DNA of 64,000 nucleotides. Origin: a virus. Taxonomy: Duplodnaviria > Caudoviricetes. The notes under the pieces are model-generated. The model saw only the letters and a list, made by a program, of their open reading frames with translations, was not told where the DNA came from and made no database searches. This document shows, one piece after another, positions 8,532 through 18,547 of this stretch. Positions within the stretch are counted from its first letter, which is position 1. Each line of letters starts with the position of its first letter. A program made the translations under genes and the position numbers. Location of the stretch: IMG/VR virus record IMGVR_UViG_3300031994_004484. One strand, 5' to 3'.

Positions 8532-10607
8532 ATGATAAACAACATTTTCAATTATGAGGGGTTGGAGGAGAAAAAGAACCGACTCCATGAGGCTGAAACG
8601 ATATTAAAAACGGAGTTTGTAGGGATTGACGATGTGATTGACGGGACAATATCAAATGTGCGTCCGTGGTATCTATACCCTGAATTGCAGGACAAGCCGC
8701 TTGTCATAACCCTTGTCGGAATGAGCGGGACGGGAAAGACGTCGCTTGTCAAAAGATTGTGTGAAATTCTTGACCTTGAGAAGGACATGGGCTATTTCAA
8801 TTTCGGCGAAATCAACGAGCAGAGTGCATGGGAGATAGAGGATACCATAGACGAGACGTTGAACAACGGCAGAAGGTCTAAGGTTTTTGTATATGACGAG
8901 TTCCAATATGCCGCAACGCTTGACGAGGACGGTTCGGAGAAGGAGAACAAGGGTGGCATGAAGACCTTTTGGGAGCTGATGGACACAGGACTTATAAACC
9001 GGAGGTTTCAAATATATGAGATAACGAGGATAAGGAGGGCTTTATCCTATGCCTTGAAGATAGACAACAAATGCCATATGATAATAAGGAATGGCGTTTG
9101 GGAGAACTGCAACGAATGCCTTTCATTTTTCAATGAATACGACAAGATGCAATTCTCTTCCATATTCAATGTCGATATTGATGAAGTGGAAGATGATGAA
9201 GTAAAGGAAAAATATATAACATATCAGGTAAAATCCGATATGTTCCTGACACAGGGTACGCTTGATGATTTATACAGGTCGTATTCCAAAATAAACGGGG
9301 ACATAGACATAATTGATTTCAGGGACATGCTGGTGAAGATGGACTTCAATGGGCTATGTTCATTTCTTGAGGAGTTGTATGAGAAAGGAATGAAAGGTTA
9401 TTCAATGGATTTCAGCAAGTCAATTGTTTTTGTCCTGATGAACCTTGACGAGGCATATCAGATAAGTTTCGATGTTAATCCCGACATGTTGCCGGATCAG
9501 TTTTACAAGATAACAAAGAAGCTAACAGTTGTTGACATAAAGCAAGGGCTTAAGAGAAGATTCCGTAACGAGCAGATAGCACGTTTGGGTAACATCTTTA
9601 TGATATATCCCGCGTTCTCAAGCGAGACCTTCATGAAGATAATCGTGATGTTCTGCCAAAGATATGCCGAAAGCGTCAAGGAGAAGTTCGGCATAGCCAT
9701 ATATTTCGACGAGACTGTATTAGAGCTTATATATAAGGACGCGGTTTTCCCGACACACGGAACAAGACCGATTATTTCATCAATACACGAAATTGTCAAG
9801 ACAAAACTACCAATAGTTGTAGATGAGCTTTCAAGGAATGGGATAGACAAAGTTGACAATATGGTATATTCCTATGACGGCAAGGACATACACGTCAAGT
9901 CTTTCTTTGAGGACAAAGAGGTTGGCGAATCTGTCATTGAACAACCTTTAAGAGTTGAGAACCACAGGAATGTCAGTGACACAAAGAAGAGGATTGCCAT
10001 AGCCGTACATGAAAGCGGGCATTTTGTGATGTACACGAAACTATATGACAAGATACCAGAAAAGGTCTGCGTCGGAACCGTAAACAGGGAAACGGGCGGA
10101 TTCATGCTGAAAGACGCAGATGATTTGGATAAACTATATAGCAAGGAAGAATGCATGGCCGAAATAAAGATAAGCCTTGCAGGGTATGTTGCAGAGAAGA
10201 TGGTCTTCGGAGATGTAAAAAGAACAAACGGGGCTTCAGAGGATTTGGCCAACGCAACGGTCATAGCCTCACAGATGGTAAGGAAATTCGGTTTCGGTTC
10301 AAGACCTGAAGTAACAACGTATCTTAATAACGGAACCGAAACAGGCGGAGGCAACTATCTGAATGAGGACACTAAGGAAAGGGTGAATTCGGAAGTTAAA
10401 AGGATAATATCTTCATGCATAATGGAGATTGAATCAACATTTGTTAATAATGAATGGAAAAAAATGCTGAAGGATTCGGCGTCATACCTTCTTGAAAACC
10501 CGTCAATTCCTAAGGAAAAGATGCAGGAACTGTATGATGAAGTGTCAAGCAACCTTAAAAAGGAAAATGACGAAAAAATATATTTGGAACTTTTTAACAA
10601 ATTTTAA
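8532..10607 (+). CDS. AAA+ ATPase fused to an M41 (FtsH-type) Zn peptidase, no TM segments
   Basis: Walker A GMSGTGKT, Walker B VYDE, AVHESGH, LAGYVAEK..FG and NGASEDL..AT motifs. Confidence 0.85.
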   Translation: MINNIFNYEGLEEKKNRLHEAETILKTEFVGIDDVIDGTISNVRPWYLYPELQDKPLVITLVGMSGTGKTSLVKRLCEILDLEKDMGYFNFGEINEQSAWEIEDTIDETLNNGRRSKVFVYDEFQYAATLDEDGSEKENKGGMKTFWELMDTGLINRRFQIYEITRIRRALSYALKIDNKCHMIIRNGVWENCNECLSFFNEYDKMQFSSIFNVDIDEVEDDEVKEKYITYQVKSDMFLTQGTLDDLYRSYSKINGDIDIIDFRDMLVKMDFNGLCSFLEELYEKGMKGYSMDFSKSIVFVLMNLDEAYQISFDVNPDMLPDQFYKITKKLTVVDIKQGLKRRFRNEQIARLGNIFMIYPAFSSETFMKIIVMFCQRYAESVKEKFGIAIYFDETVLELIYKDAVFPTHGTRPIISSIHEIVKTKLPIVVDELSRNGIDKVDNMVYSYDGKDIHVKSFFEDKEVGESVIEQPLRVENHRNVSDTKKRIAIAVHESGHFVMYTKLYDKIPEKVCVGTVNRETGGFMLKDADDLDKLYSKEECMAEIKISLAGYVAEKMVFGDVKRTNGASEDLANATVIASQMVRKFGFGSRPEVTTYLNNGTETGGGNYLNEDTKERVNSEVKRIISSCIMEIESTFVNNEWKKMLKDSASYLLENPSIPKEKMQELYDEVSSNLKKENDEKIYLELFNKF

Positions 10608-10658
10608 TAAAAAAAACTTTTGTAAATAAAAGAATGTTTTTTATATTTGTCGTGTTGC
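10594..10658 (+). promoter_or_regulatory. 65-bp promoter cassette copy (upstream of dnaK)
   Basis: TTAAC-AAATT-TTAAT, TATATTTG at +48, GTTGC at +60. Confidence 0.6.
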
Positions 10659-10711
10659 CAATGTCAGTACTGACAAAATGTCAGGTTATTGTTATTGGCA
10701 CACGGTTTGCA
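10656..10711 (+). promoter_or_regulatory. Sigma54-type -24/-12 promoter with TGACA/TGTCA palindromic operator
   Basis: TTGGCAC-ACGGT-TTGCA (10695-10711; GG-N10-GC); TGTCAGTACTGACA palindrome and CTGACAAAATGTCAG upstream. Confidence 0.7.
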
Positions 10712-10759
10712 TTATAAGGATGGAAAAAAAATAAACAATAAAATAAGTGAAAAAATATT

Positions 10760-12664
10760 ATGAGTAAAAGAGCAATTGGAATTGATTTGGGTTCTACAGC
10801 ATCGGAATGTGCTGTTATCGAACAGGGCAAGCCTGTTGTTGTTTTTAACGAAGAGGGTTCGAACATGACGCCTTCTGTAGTCTCGTTTGTCAACGATGAG
10901 AGAAAGGTCGGAGGCCCGGCAAAAAGAAAGATGATAGTCAACCCAAAGGAAACCGTAAACCTTATAAAGCGTTTCATGGGCGCCACATATGAGGAATCAA
11001 AAGAGGCGATGACGCATGTCCTGTATGATGTTGTCGAAAAAAATGGACAGCCAAGGGTCAAGGTTGGGGATAGGTTTTATTCCCCTGAAGAGATTTCGGC
11101 TATGATTATCGGTTCGCTGAAGAAAAACGCGGAATCCTATCTCGGTGATGAGGTTACCGAAGCGGTTATAACCGTTCCCGCATTCTTTTCGGACAGTGCA
11201 CGTGCAGCGACAAAGAAAGCGGGTGAAATGGCGGGTCTTAACGTTTTGAGGGTCATCGCAGAACCCACCGCGGCAATACTTTCTTCAAATATTGATATGG
11301 AGAAAGGCGGCAAGTATATGGTTGTTGACTTCGGCGGTTCCACTCTTGATGATTCTGTGGCGGACATTTCAGACGGTGTGGTTGAGATTTTAAGCACCAA
11401 CGGTGATGTGTATCTTGGAGGTAGCGACCTTGACAAAGCCATAGCGGAGCATATTATCAAGACGTACAAAGAAGATAGCGGTATTGACATCAAGGATGAC
11501 GCCCAGGCTATGTCACGTGTTATGGATGCCGCAGAAAAGGCTAAAATAGACTTGAGTTCGTCTTCAATGGCCGATATCAATATTCCGTATATCACAGTGA
11601 AGGATAATCAGCCACAGCATCTTATAATGCAACTTTCCAGAAGCAAGTTTGAGCAAATTATAACCCCGTTTGTTGACAAGCTAATCAAGTGTGCTAAAAA
11701 GGCTATTGAACTTGCCAATATTGAGAAAAAAGACCTCAACGGAATTCTTTTGGTTGGCGGTTCATGTAGGATTCCTCTTGTTCAGGAACGTTTGACAAAG
11801 GAATTTGGTATCGAACTGATAAAATCGAGCAACCTCGACCTTGCCGTTGCCGAAGGCGCCGCTATTCAGGCAAACATATTGGTGGGAGGTGAAAATGCAA
11901 AGGACATTCTTCTGCTTGACTGTACACCTATGAATTATTCAATTGAGACTGAGGGTGGTATAGCAACCACTCTTATTGAGGCCAATACAACAATACCTTG
12001 TGAGAAAAGACAGGTTTTCAGTACGGCTGTCGATAATCAACCTGCTGTGAACATTCATGTTCTTAATGGTTTGAGACCTATGGCAAAGGATAACAAGTCC
12101 ATTGGTATGTTCACACTTGACGGAATCATGCCGGCACGCAGGGGAGTTCCTCAGATTGAGGTTACGTTCTCATTGTCTGCTGACTCAATCCTGACGGTAA
12201 CGGCGAAAGACCTTGCTACAAACAAGGAACAGCATATAACCATCGAGAACAACAACAAGATTTCAGACGAGGAGGTTGAACGCTACAAAGCCGAAGCTAA
12301 GGAGCATGAAGAGGAAGACAGGAAGTTCAAGGAGGAAGCAGAAAAAGCCAACCGTTGCGAAGGCTTGATTTATCAGACCGAACAACAGCTTGAAACATTC
12401 AAGGACAACGAGAAATTCACTGAGGACGACAAGAAATTCTTTACCGACAAGGTTGAGGAACTGAAGAAACTTAAGGAAAATTCAGATTACTCCAAACTTG
12501 ATGAAATCGAAAAGGAGATGCAGACAAAATGGTTCGAGTTGAGCAGCAAACTGTATCAGCAGCCTAACGGTGAGGCCTCCCCTGATATGGTAAACGAGAT
12601 GTTCAAAAACGGAACAGTTGAACATCAACCTACCGAGAGCGATTTGGAGAATCAGGAAGCATAA
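10760..12664 (+). CDS. dnaK: Hsp70 chaperone DnaK
   Basis: GIDLGST, AVITVPAFF, EPTAA, DFGGSTLD, LVGGSCRIP, GVPQIEVTF. Confidence 0.97.
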   Translation: MSKRAIGIDLGSTASECAVIEQGKPVVVFNEEGSNMTPSVVSFVNDERKVGGPAKRKMIVNPKETVNLIKRFMGATYEESKEAMTHVLYDVVEKNGQPRVKVGDRFYSPEEISAMIIGSLKKNAESYLGDEVTEAVITVPAFFSDSARAATKKAGEMAGLNVLRVIAEPTAAILSSNIDMEKGGKYMVVDFGGSTLDDSVADISDGVVEILSTNGDVYLGGSDLDKAIAEHIIKTYKEDSGIDIKDDAQAMSRVMDAAEKAKIDLSSSSMADINIPYITVKDNQPQHLIMQLSRSKFEQIITPFVDKLIKCAKKAIELANIEKKDLNGILLVGGSCRIPLVQERLTKEFGIELIKSSNLDLAVAEGAAIQANILVGGENAKDILLLDCTPMNYSIETEGGIATTLIEANTTIPCEKRQVFSTAVDNQPAVNIHVLNGLRPMAKDNKSIGMFTLDGIMPARRGVPQIEVTFSLSADSILTVTAKDLATNKEQHITIENNNKISDEEVERYKAEAKEHEEEDRKFKEEAEKANRCEGLIYQTEQQLETFKDNEKFTEDDKKFFTDKVEELKKLKENSDYSKLDEIEKEMQTKWFELSSKLYQQPNGEASPDMVNEMFKNGTVEHQPTESDLENQEA

Positions 12665-12678
12665 TCAGAAATTTGTTT

Positions 12679-12720
12679 ATGGTGCGGTGGAAACAAAACC
12701 GCCGTACCATTTTAATTTTT
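12679..12720 (+). terminator. Hairpin/terminator between dnaK and dnaJ
   Basis: ATGGTGCGG...CCGTACCAT followed by a T-rich run. Confidence 0.55.
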
Positions 12721-12727
12721 TTGTCAA

Positions 12728-13870
12728 ATGGCATCAGGAAAAGATTATTACAAAATTTTAGGACTTTCGGAAGAAGACAAGAAACTTCAAGGTGAAGAGT
12801 TCAGCAAAAAGCTTAAAGGTAATTACAGGAAAATGGCGAAGGATTACCATCCTGATCGTTATGCCAACAAATCCGAAGAAGAACGCAAAGAGGCCGAGGA
12901 GAAATTCAAGGAGATAACCGAAGCCTATGATGTTTTATCCGATAATAACAAAAGGACACAATATGACCGTTTCGGAACCACAGAGGCGTTTGATTTCAAC
13001 GGTTTCAGTGGCACGGGCATGCCGGATATCGATGAGATACTCAATCGTTTCCGTGGTGGTTTTGGCTCATTCAACCCTTTCGGAGACATTGGCATGGGAT
13101 TCGGAATGCATCGCAGGGGAAATATGGTTGAAAAGCCCGAACCTGTAAAAGTTAGGGTTCACTTGACTATTGAAGACCTTTATAAAGGAGGTGTGAAGAG
13201 AATCAAATATAAGAGATTCAAACCATGCAAGGATTGTAATGCTTCAGGAACAACAAAATACGGAAAAACTGAAACATGTCCTGTGTGTGGCGGAAGCGGT
13301 GTGTGTGTTCAAACAGAAAGAAACGGATGGGCTACGGTACAAAGGACAAGCGTTTGCCAAAAATGTCATGGCTCAGGAAAAATTATAACAAATCCATGCA
13401 ATACCTGCGGAGGTACCGGAAGGGTTGTTGAAACTGAGGAGTATGACTTGCAGATACCGTATGGTGCAGTTGACGGTTCAATGTTCTTGGTTCCTGAAAT
13501 GGGTAATTACGCCGAAAGAAACAAGAATGTTGTCGGGGACCTTTTGGTTATTATTGCAATTGACGATAATGGAAAGTACAGGACAACAAACGGATACGAC
13601 CTTTATACAACAATAGACGTCCCGATATTAGAATGCATAACAGGTGGCAAATCAGAAATTGAATTTATAGACAAAACCAAATTTTCGATAAAGATACCGA
13701 GGTTTACACGGGACGGGGCTATATTACAGTTGCAAGGTTACGGGCTCCCAAGTGAAAACGGAAGAGGAAGGTTACTTGTTGAAGTTAGGCAAAAATACCC
13801 CGACAACATAGATTCAAACGAAGAGAAACTTTTGAAAAAACTGAAACAATCCAAAAACTTTGCATCATGA
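12728..13870 (+). CDS. dnaJ: DnaJ co-chaperone
   Basis: J-domain HPD, G/F region, four CxxCxxxG repeats. Confidence 0.95.
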   Translation: MASGKDYYKILGLSEEDKKLQGEEFSKKLKGNYRKMAKDYHPDRYANKSEEERKEAEEKFKEITEAYDVLSDNNKRTQYDRFGTTEAFDFNGFSGTGMPDIDEILNRFRGGFGSFNPFGDIGMGFGMHRRGNMVEKPEPVKVRVHLTIEDLYKGGVKRIKYKRFKPCKDCNASGTTKYGKTETCPVCGGSGVCVQTERNGWATVQRTSVCQKCHGSGKIITNPCNTCGGTGRVVETEEYDLQIPYGAVDGSMFLVPEMGNYAERNKNVVGDLLVIIAIDDNGKYRTTNGYDLYTTIDVPILECITGGKSEIEFIDKTKFSIKIPRFTRDGAILQLQGYGLPSENGRGRLLVEVRQKYPDNIDSNEEKLLKKLKQSKNFAS

Positions 13871-14316
13871 GGCACAGCGCAGGAATTATTCCATACAGAA
13901 TGAACAACGGAAAGTATGAATTCTTTGTCGGTCACCCAGGCGGGCCACATTGGTCAGAAAGAACCTATTGGGCCATGCTGAAAGGCAGGATTGAGGAAGG
14001 GGAAGATGAAATGACTGCGGCCTTAAGAGAGTTTCAAGAAGAATCAGGTGTTGCAATTCCAGAAAATCTTAAGGGTAAAATATTCAAGCTCGGAACCGTC
14101 ATTCAGAACCCAAATAAATTGGTCACCGCGTTTGGGGTTGAGTTTCCCGATATTTATCCTGAAAGATGCCGCTCGAACATGGCCGACCATTGCGACTGGC
14201 CGGAGATAGACAACTATGCTTGGATTGACTATGACTCAATATTAAAATACACACACCCGACAAACATCGTCTTCTTCGAGACAATAGTTAAAATGTGTCA
14301 GCCGAAAGAATATTAA
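13867..14316 (+). CDS. NUDIX hydrolase
   Basis: KG..EEGED..TAALREFQEESG Nudix box; HPGGP motif. Confidence 0.9.
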   Translation: MRHSAGIIPYRMNNGKYEFFVGHPGGPHWSERTYWAMLKGRIEEGEDEMTAALREFQEESGVAIPENLKGKIFKLGTVIQNPNKLVTAFGVEFPDIYPERCRSNMADHCDWPEIDNYAWIDYDSILKYTHPTNIVFFETIVKMCQPKEY

Positions 14317-14377
14317 GAATTTTTAACGTTTTGTAGGAAACAGTCTATTGGAAATAAACATATATTTGTGTAGTTAA
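14313..14377 (+). promoter_or_regulatory. 65-bp promoter cassette copy (upstream of infC)
   Basis: TTAAG-AATTT-TTAAC, TATATTTG at +48, GTTAA at +60. Confidence 0.7.
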
Positions 14378-14397
14378 TTCACGATAAGAGATTTTTA

Positions 14398-14943
14398 ATG
14401 GCAAAAAACAACAGAAACAACAGGAAGCCTTTGGTTGAGGGTCCGAGAAAAAACGAAGAGATTGTCGGGTATTATAATGTAAGGGTTATATATTCCAACG
14501 ATGAAGGGAAAACCGAGAACATCATATGTCCGTTAAAGAACGCTTTGAAGATGGCTTATGATTCGGAATTGGATTTGATTGAGATAAGCCCTAATGCCGA
14601 CCCTCCTGTGGTAAAGATAGGTGATTATTCAAAGTACATGTATGAACTGAAGAAAAAGGAAAAACTCAAGAAACAGAACAAGACCGAGTTGAAAGAAATG
14701 CCTTTGTCGGTGAACATATCCAAACACGATATGGAGACCAAGGCAAAGAAAGTGAGGGAGTTTATCGAAAAGGGAGACAAGGTGAAGGTCACGCTGACCA
14801 TGAGAAAGAGAGAACTTTTAAGGCGCGAGGAGAACAAGAGGTCTCTTTTGGATTTCATTTTGATGCTTGAGGATGTTTCGGTTCCTGAATCAATGCCGAA
14901 GGATGAAGGTAACAAATGTGTTGTAATACTGAAGAAAAAATAA
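14398..14943 (+). CDS. infC: Translation initiation factor IF-3
   Basis: LDLIEISPNADPPVVKIGDYSKYMYE; KGDKVKV. Confidence 0.93.
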   Translation: MAKNNRNNRKPLVEGPRKNEEIVGYYNVRVIYSNDEGKTENIICPLKNALKMAYDSELDLIEISPNADPPVVKIGDYSKYMYELKKKEKLKKQNKTELKEMPLSVNISKHDMETKAKKVREFIEKGDKVKVTLTMRKRELLRREENKRSLLDFILMLEDVSVPESMPKDEGNKCVVILKKK

Positions 14944-14946
14944 CCT

Positions 14947-15849
14947 ATGTTTATAGTAAACTGTAAGAAAAAGACGGCATCGGTCGAAGACAACGGTGTA
15001 ACAGGACGCTATTTTGCGGAAATAAGAAAAATAGAACAGCTTAACGACGAACAGCAGAAGGAACTCTTGAAAATCGTAAAATTCGGCTCGGAGGAAGAAT
15101 CGAACGCTGCAAGAGAGAAACTGATAGGGTGCAACCAAAGGTTTGTCGCATCAGTTGCAAAACATCTCACAAATGGTGACAACTTCAACGATTTGGTAAG
15201 TGAAGGTAATTTAGGTCTGAACAAAGCCATAGACAAGTTTGACCTGTCTTTCAAACAGCATTTTATAACATATGCCACTTTTTGGATAAACAAGTGCATG
15301 GTGGACTATATGACAAACGTGGAGAGAATGATAGTCCCGAAGAATGCGACAAGGGTCAACACATATGTTGCTTCAGCCGCAAACGACTTCTTCCTTGAGA
15401 ACGGAAGGAATCCAAGCGTTGACGAATTGAAAAACAGACTTAACGATATGGGTGTTCCGATTTCTAATATCGAGGATATCGTTGGTATTACAATGGTATC
15501 TCTCAATGAGATAGACCCTGACGGAGAGATTGACGACGACACAAACTATACGTCATATACGGATTACATAGATTTCCAAAAAACCACATCCTCAAACAAC
15601 ATAGAGGAGGAGATAGACCTTGAGGACGTAAGGAATTTGGCTGAAATGATGGTTTCATGTCTTGATAGCAGACAGCAGGAAATTGTGCGCAGGTATTACG
15701 GAATAGGAAGATGCGAGGAACCAACAGAGGTGATAGCCAGGAGTTTCGGAGTTCCGACAACGGTTATTTCCAAGGAGATATACAGCGCTATGAACAAGAT
15801 TAGAAAAACATTCAAAATAACAAAAAAGAGGAAAAATGGCAAAAATTAA
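14947..15849 (+). CDS. Sigma70-family RNA polymerase sigma factor (regions 1.2-4, no region 1.1)
   Basis: AREKLIGCNQRFVASVAK, DLVSEGNLGLNKAIDKFD, FITYATFWI. Confidence 0.9.
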   Translation: MFIVNCKKKTASVEDNGVTGRYFAEIRKIEQLNDEQQKELLKIVKFGSEEESNAAREKLIGCNQRFVASVAKHLTNGDNFNDLVSEGNLGLNKAIDKFDLSFKQHFITYATFWINKCMVDYMTNVERMIVPKNATRVNTYVASAANDFFLENGRNPSVDELKNRLNDMGVPISNIEDIVGITMVSLNEIDPDGEIDDDTNYTSYTDYIDFQKTTSSNNIEEEIDLEDVRNLAEMMVSCLDSRQQEIVRRYYGIGRCEEPTEVIARSFGVPTTVISKEIYSAMNKIRKTFKITKKRKNGKN

Positions 15850-16351
15850 GATTGAATTCACCGAAGACATTATCAAATTGGTCAAAAACCTTCGTTTCGG
15901 CCCCATTGAAACCAAATATTATGTGACACCTTCACATGACGATGTGGTTGTCGAGAATGTGGGAAGCGGACGTTTTAACGTAATAAGTGTAAGCGATGAA
16001 GGTTTGGCTAAGGAAATCGCCCCAATCAGGGTTACAAATATTCAGGATTTGGGGGACAACCTTTACGGAATCGACAACTACAACCTTTGGGGCGGAACCT
16101 ATATCTATGAGGATATGGCGTACATTCTCGGCAAAATGGACAAGGTTGTGAAAGGAACCGAAGAGGACCCGGACGGTCCTAAATTTGAGGAGGAAACAGC
16201 AAAATATCTTGAAGAACTCGCCTCGTTCATTATCGAAAACCTTTCAAACATTGAGGAGATTCTCCATCAGTTCTGCACAGAAGGTATACACACGGGTGTA
16301 ACATACGTATGCAAGCCTAACGAACACATTTGGATCAAGGAGGAAAAATAA
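15836..16351 (+). CDS. Hypothetical protein
   Basis: 171-aa ORF overlapping the end of the sigma gene. Confidence 0.7.
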   Translation: MAKIKIEFTEDIIKLVKNLRFGPIETKYYVTPSHDDVVVENVGSGRFNVISVSDEGLAKEIAPIRVTNIQDLGDNLYGIDNYNLWGGTYIYEDMAYILGKMDKVVKGTEEDPDGPKFEEETAKYLEELASFIIENLSNIEEILHQFCTEGIHTGVTYVCKPNEHIWIKEEK

Positions 16352-16375
16352 CTTTAGAAAAAAAGCGAAAAAATT

Positions 16376-16404
16376 AACGCGGTCTTGATTGACCGCGTTT
16401 TTTT
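16376..16404. terminator. Terminator between convergent genes
   Basis: AACGCGGTC-TTGATT-GACCGCGTT plus T-run. Confidence 0.75.
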
Positions 16405-16801
16405 ATATGCCGCTGTTATGTATGAAGTCAATTGCCGTGTTAAGTTCCTTTGTTGTAATCGGGTCTTCACCCTCCAGTTGGTCTTGGAACATATGTCGTG
16501 CAGAATCATGGTCAACACCCGGATGCAACCTATATGCTATCTGTGATTTCTTTATAATCGGGTTCTTGTCAAGAATGGTGTTAAGTTGACCAAGGGCACT
16601 TCTCTTTTTTCCGCTGTCCTTTTCTTTGTCATTGTTTTTTTTATCATCTTTTTTATTGCCACCCTCAAAGACCCCCTCATCTACACCCTCAAAGACTCCC
16701 TCATTGTACATTCTCTTGAGTTCCTCACGGATTATTTCCTTAACAGTCTGACGCTCAACTTCCTCGTGGACACATTCCTTTATCAATTGTCTTATATCCA
16801 T
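16403..16801 (-). CDS. Hypothetical protein, possible internal virion protein
   Basis: IRQLIKECVHEE / IIREE leader; TATTTAT upstream. Confidence 0.7.
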   Translation of the reverse strand: MDIRQLIKECVHEEVERQTVKEIIREELKRMYNEGVFEGVDEGVFEGGNKKDDKKNNDKEKDSGKKRSALGQLNTILDKNPIIKKSQIAYRLHPGVDHDSARHMFQDQLEGEDPITTKELNTAIDFIHNSGI

Positions 16802-16934
16802 AATAAAATATTTTTTTTTTCTTATATATCAATAATAAATATGCTCTTTTGTAGTATATTTGTCAAAACAGGGAAAAGGTTTGTTTGAAAAATTTTCCTC
16901 TCTGATAATATTTATGTTTATCTGAATTTGACTA

Positions 16935-17741
16935 ATGGCCTGCAATTATTTAGAGATATACAAAGGTAACACAAGGATAACAAGCACGACGGATTTGATT
17001 CCGGGCGAAACGCTTACCGTTGTCGTCAGGGAGGACTTGTACCCCGGGCATACCTTTGCCGCATGGGTGGACAGGGCCGGAAACGTTCTTGACCCATATC
17101 CTCAAGGCGGATATACCGAAGACGGTTACCCGTATTTCCTTTTCACAGTTACATGCGACAGTTACTTCAACGCACTTTTCAAACCCGATGTCGTTCAGGA
17201 GGTGCTTATACAAACAATTGTAAATGACGAGGATTTGGGTTCGGCAAGCGGAGGTGGTACATTTAATACAGGTGACCTTGTTACATTGACGGCCACACCC
17301 GTTGACACATGTACGGCGAGATTTGTTGAATGGAGGAAGAAAACGACGGGGGAGGTGGTTTCGATAAACGAGCAGTTCACGGTTGTCGCTACGGAGAGCA
17401 GGATATACGAGGCTGTGTTTGAACTGATTGAATACAAAATCAACCTCACAATAAACAACAGGTTCTACGGAACGGTCTCACAAAGCGGAAATGGAACATA
17501 CCATTTCGGAGACACGGTGACGTTTATTGCTGAACCGAATGAAAACTGCACATTTTTGGGATGGTATGAGAACAACGAACTGATAAGCGAGAATGAGGTC
17601 TATTTATATACTATAGACAAGATTGGGGACGAATGTGTGGAGGAAAGGAATATTGTCGCAAGGTTTAAGACAAACCTTTATGAAATAGATGTCTTTTTTG
17701 ATGAATTTGAAATAAACGCAAACGGTATTTTTATAATATAA
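16935..17741 (+). CDS. Protein with InlB-B/Flg_new-like beta-sandwich repeats (fibre/structural)
   Basis: Repeats of G.GT...GD.VT..A.P...C.F..W...A.F. Confidence 0.75.
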   Translation: MACNYLEIYKGNTRITSTTDLIPGETLTVVVREDLYPGHTFAAWVDRAGNVLDPYPQGGYTEDGYPYFLFTVTCDSYFNALFKPDVVQEVLIQTIVNDEDLGSASGGGTFNTGDLVTLTATPVDTCTARFVEWRKKTTGEVVSINEQFTVVATESRIYEAVFELIEYKINLTINNRFYGTVSQSGNGTYHFGDTVTFIAEPNENCTFLGWYENNELISENEVYLYTIDKIGDECVEERNIVARFKTNLYEIDVFFDEFEINANGIFII

Positions 17742-17767
17742 GAAAAAAAAAAATATAATAATTAATT

Positions 17768-18547
17768 ATGTCATACATTAGTTCAAGTAGTCCAACATTT
17801 CAAGCTCAGAAGCCTGAAGGTAATTACACCATATCCAATATAAGTGCTAAACCTTGTTATGGCATTTTTTTGAAATGTACTAAAACAACAGGAAATGGGA
17901 CCGCTTCAGGATGGGAGTCAGGCTTATTAGAAGCGGCTTCTGGAGCAACAACATATGATGGTATAAACCAAGGATTGTATTCTTCCGTTAATATTAAATC
18001 CTTTTTATTAAATTCTACAACCGACCCTGTAAAATATTGGATTTATAGTGTCCCTTTGAGATATATAATTACTTATCATCAAAACAATGATGGAACGGGT
18101 AATACTAAAACGGTTTTTACAGATGACCCAAATGCGGGCACGTTATGCAACTGTTCTTCAACAACACCTTCGGCAGGACATCCATGTTATATTCCTGAAG
18201 CATGCGATATTTGCTCAAGAAGGCTCTCTTATCAAACAGGTGGAGGGTCTACAATATATTATGAAACCGATATTTACACTTATACAGGGCAGAAATTAGG
18301 TTGGACAATTCCTTCTGGTACATTTACAGGATGGACAACTACACAAGGAGGAACAACTCCCGATATAACAATACAAGAAATCGCTCAATCAACTCTGTAT
18401 GAACAATTAATTTACGGATTATGCGATGTAACAACAGAGCGTCATTTATATCCGGTAATTACACCTGAAGCACAATATAATATAAATGTTTATTTTGATA
18501 CTAATGAAATAAAGAATATATCAGTTTCTGACATTTCTCAAGTTTAA
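17768..18547 (+). CDS. Thr/Gly/Cys-rich protein with one InlB-B-like repeat (fibre subunit candidate)
   Basis: Y.ITYH.N...FTGWTT motif; ends paralogous to the flanking genes. Confidence 0.7.
   Translation: MSYISSSSPTFQAQKPEGNYTISNISAKPCYGIFLKCTKTTGNGTASGWESGLLEAASGATTYDGINQGLYSSVNIKSFLLNSTTDPVKYWIYSVPLRYIITYHQNNDGTGNTKTVFTDDPNAGTLCNCSSTTPSAGHPCYIPEACDICSRRLSYQTGGGSTIYYETDIYTYTGQKLGWTIPSGTFTGWTTTQGGTTPDITIQEIAQSTLYEQLIYGLCDVTTERHLYPVITPEAQYNINVYFDTNEIKNISVSDISQV

Noticed and set aside
14398-14400. ATG start of infC as an escape from IF3 autoregulation
   Set aside because: I cannot confirm that the host lineage uses a non-canonical infC start codon, so the contrast is unsupported
10760-15849. 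Interpreting the window as a bacterial chromosome because of dnaK, dnaJ, infC, sigma and metK
   Set aside because: Genes are divergent, lack their usual neighbours (grpE, thrS/rpmI/rplT) and are embedded among phage-type hypothetical genes; however, no capsid or terminase gene is in the window, so the phage call is inferred
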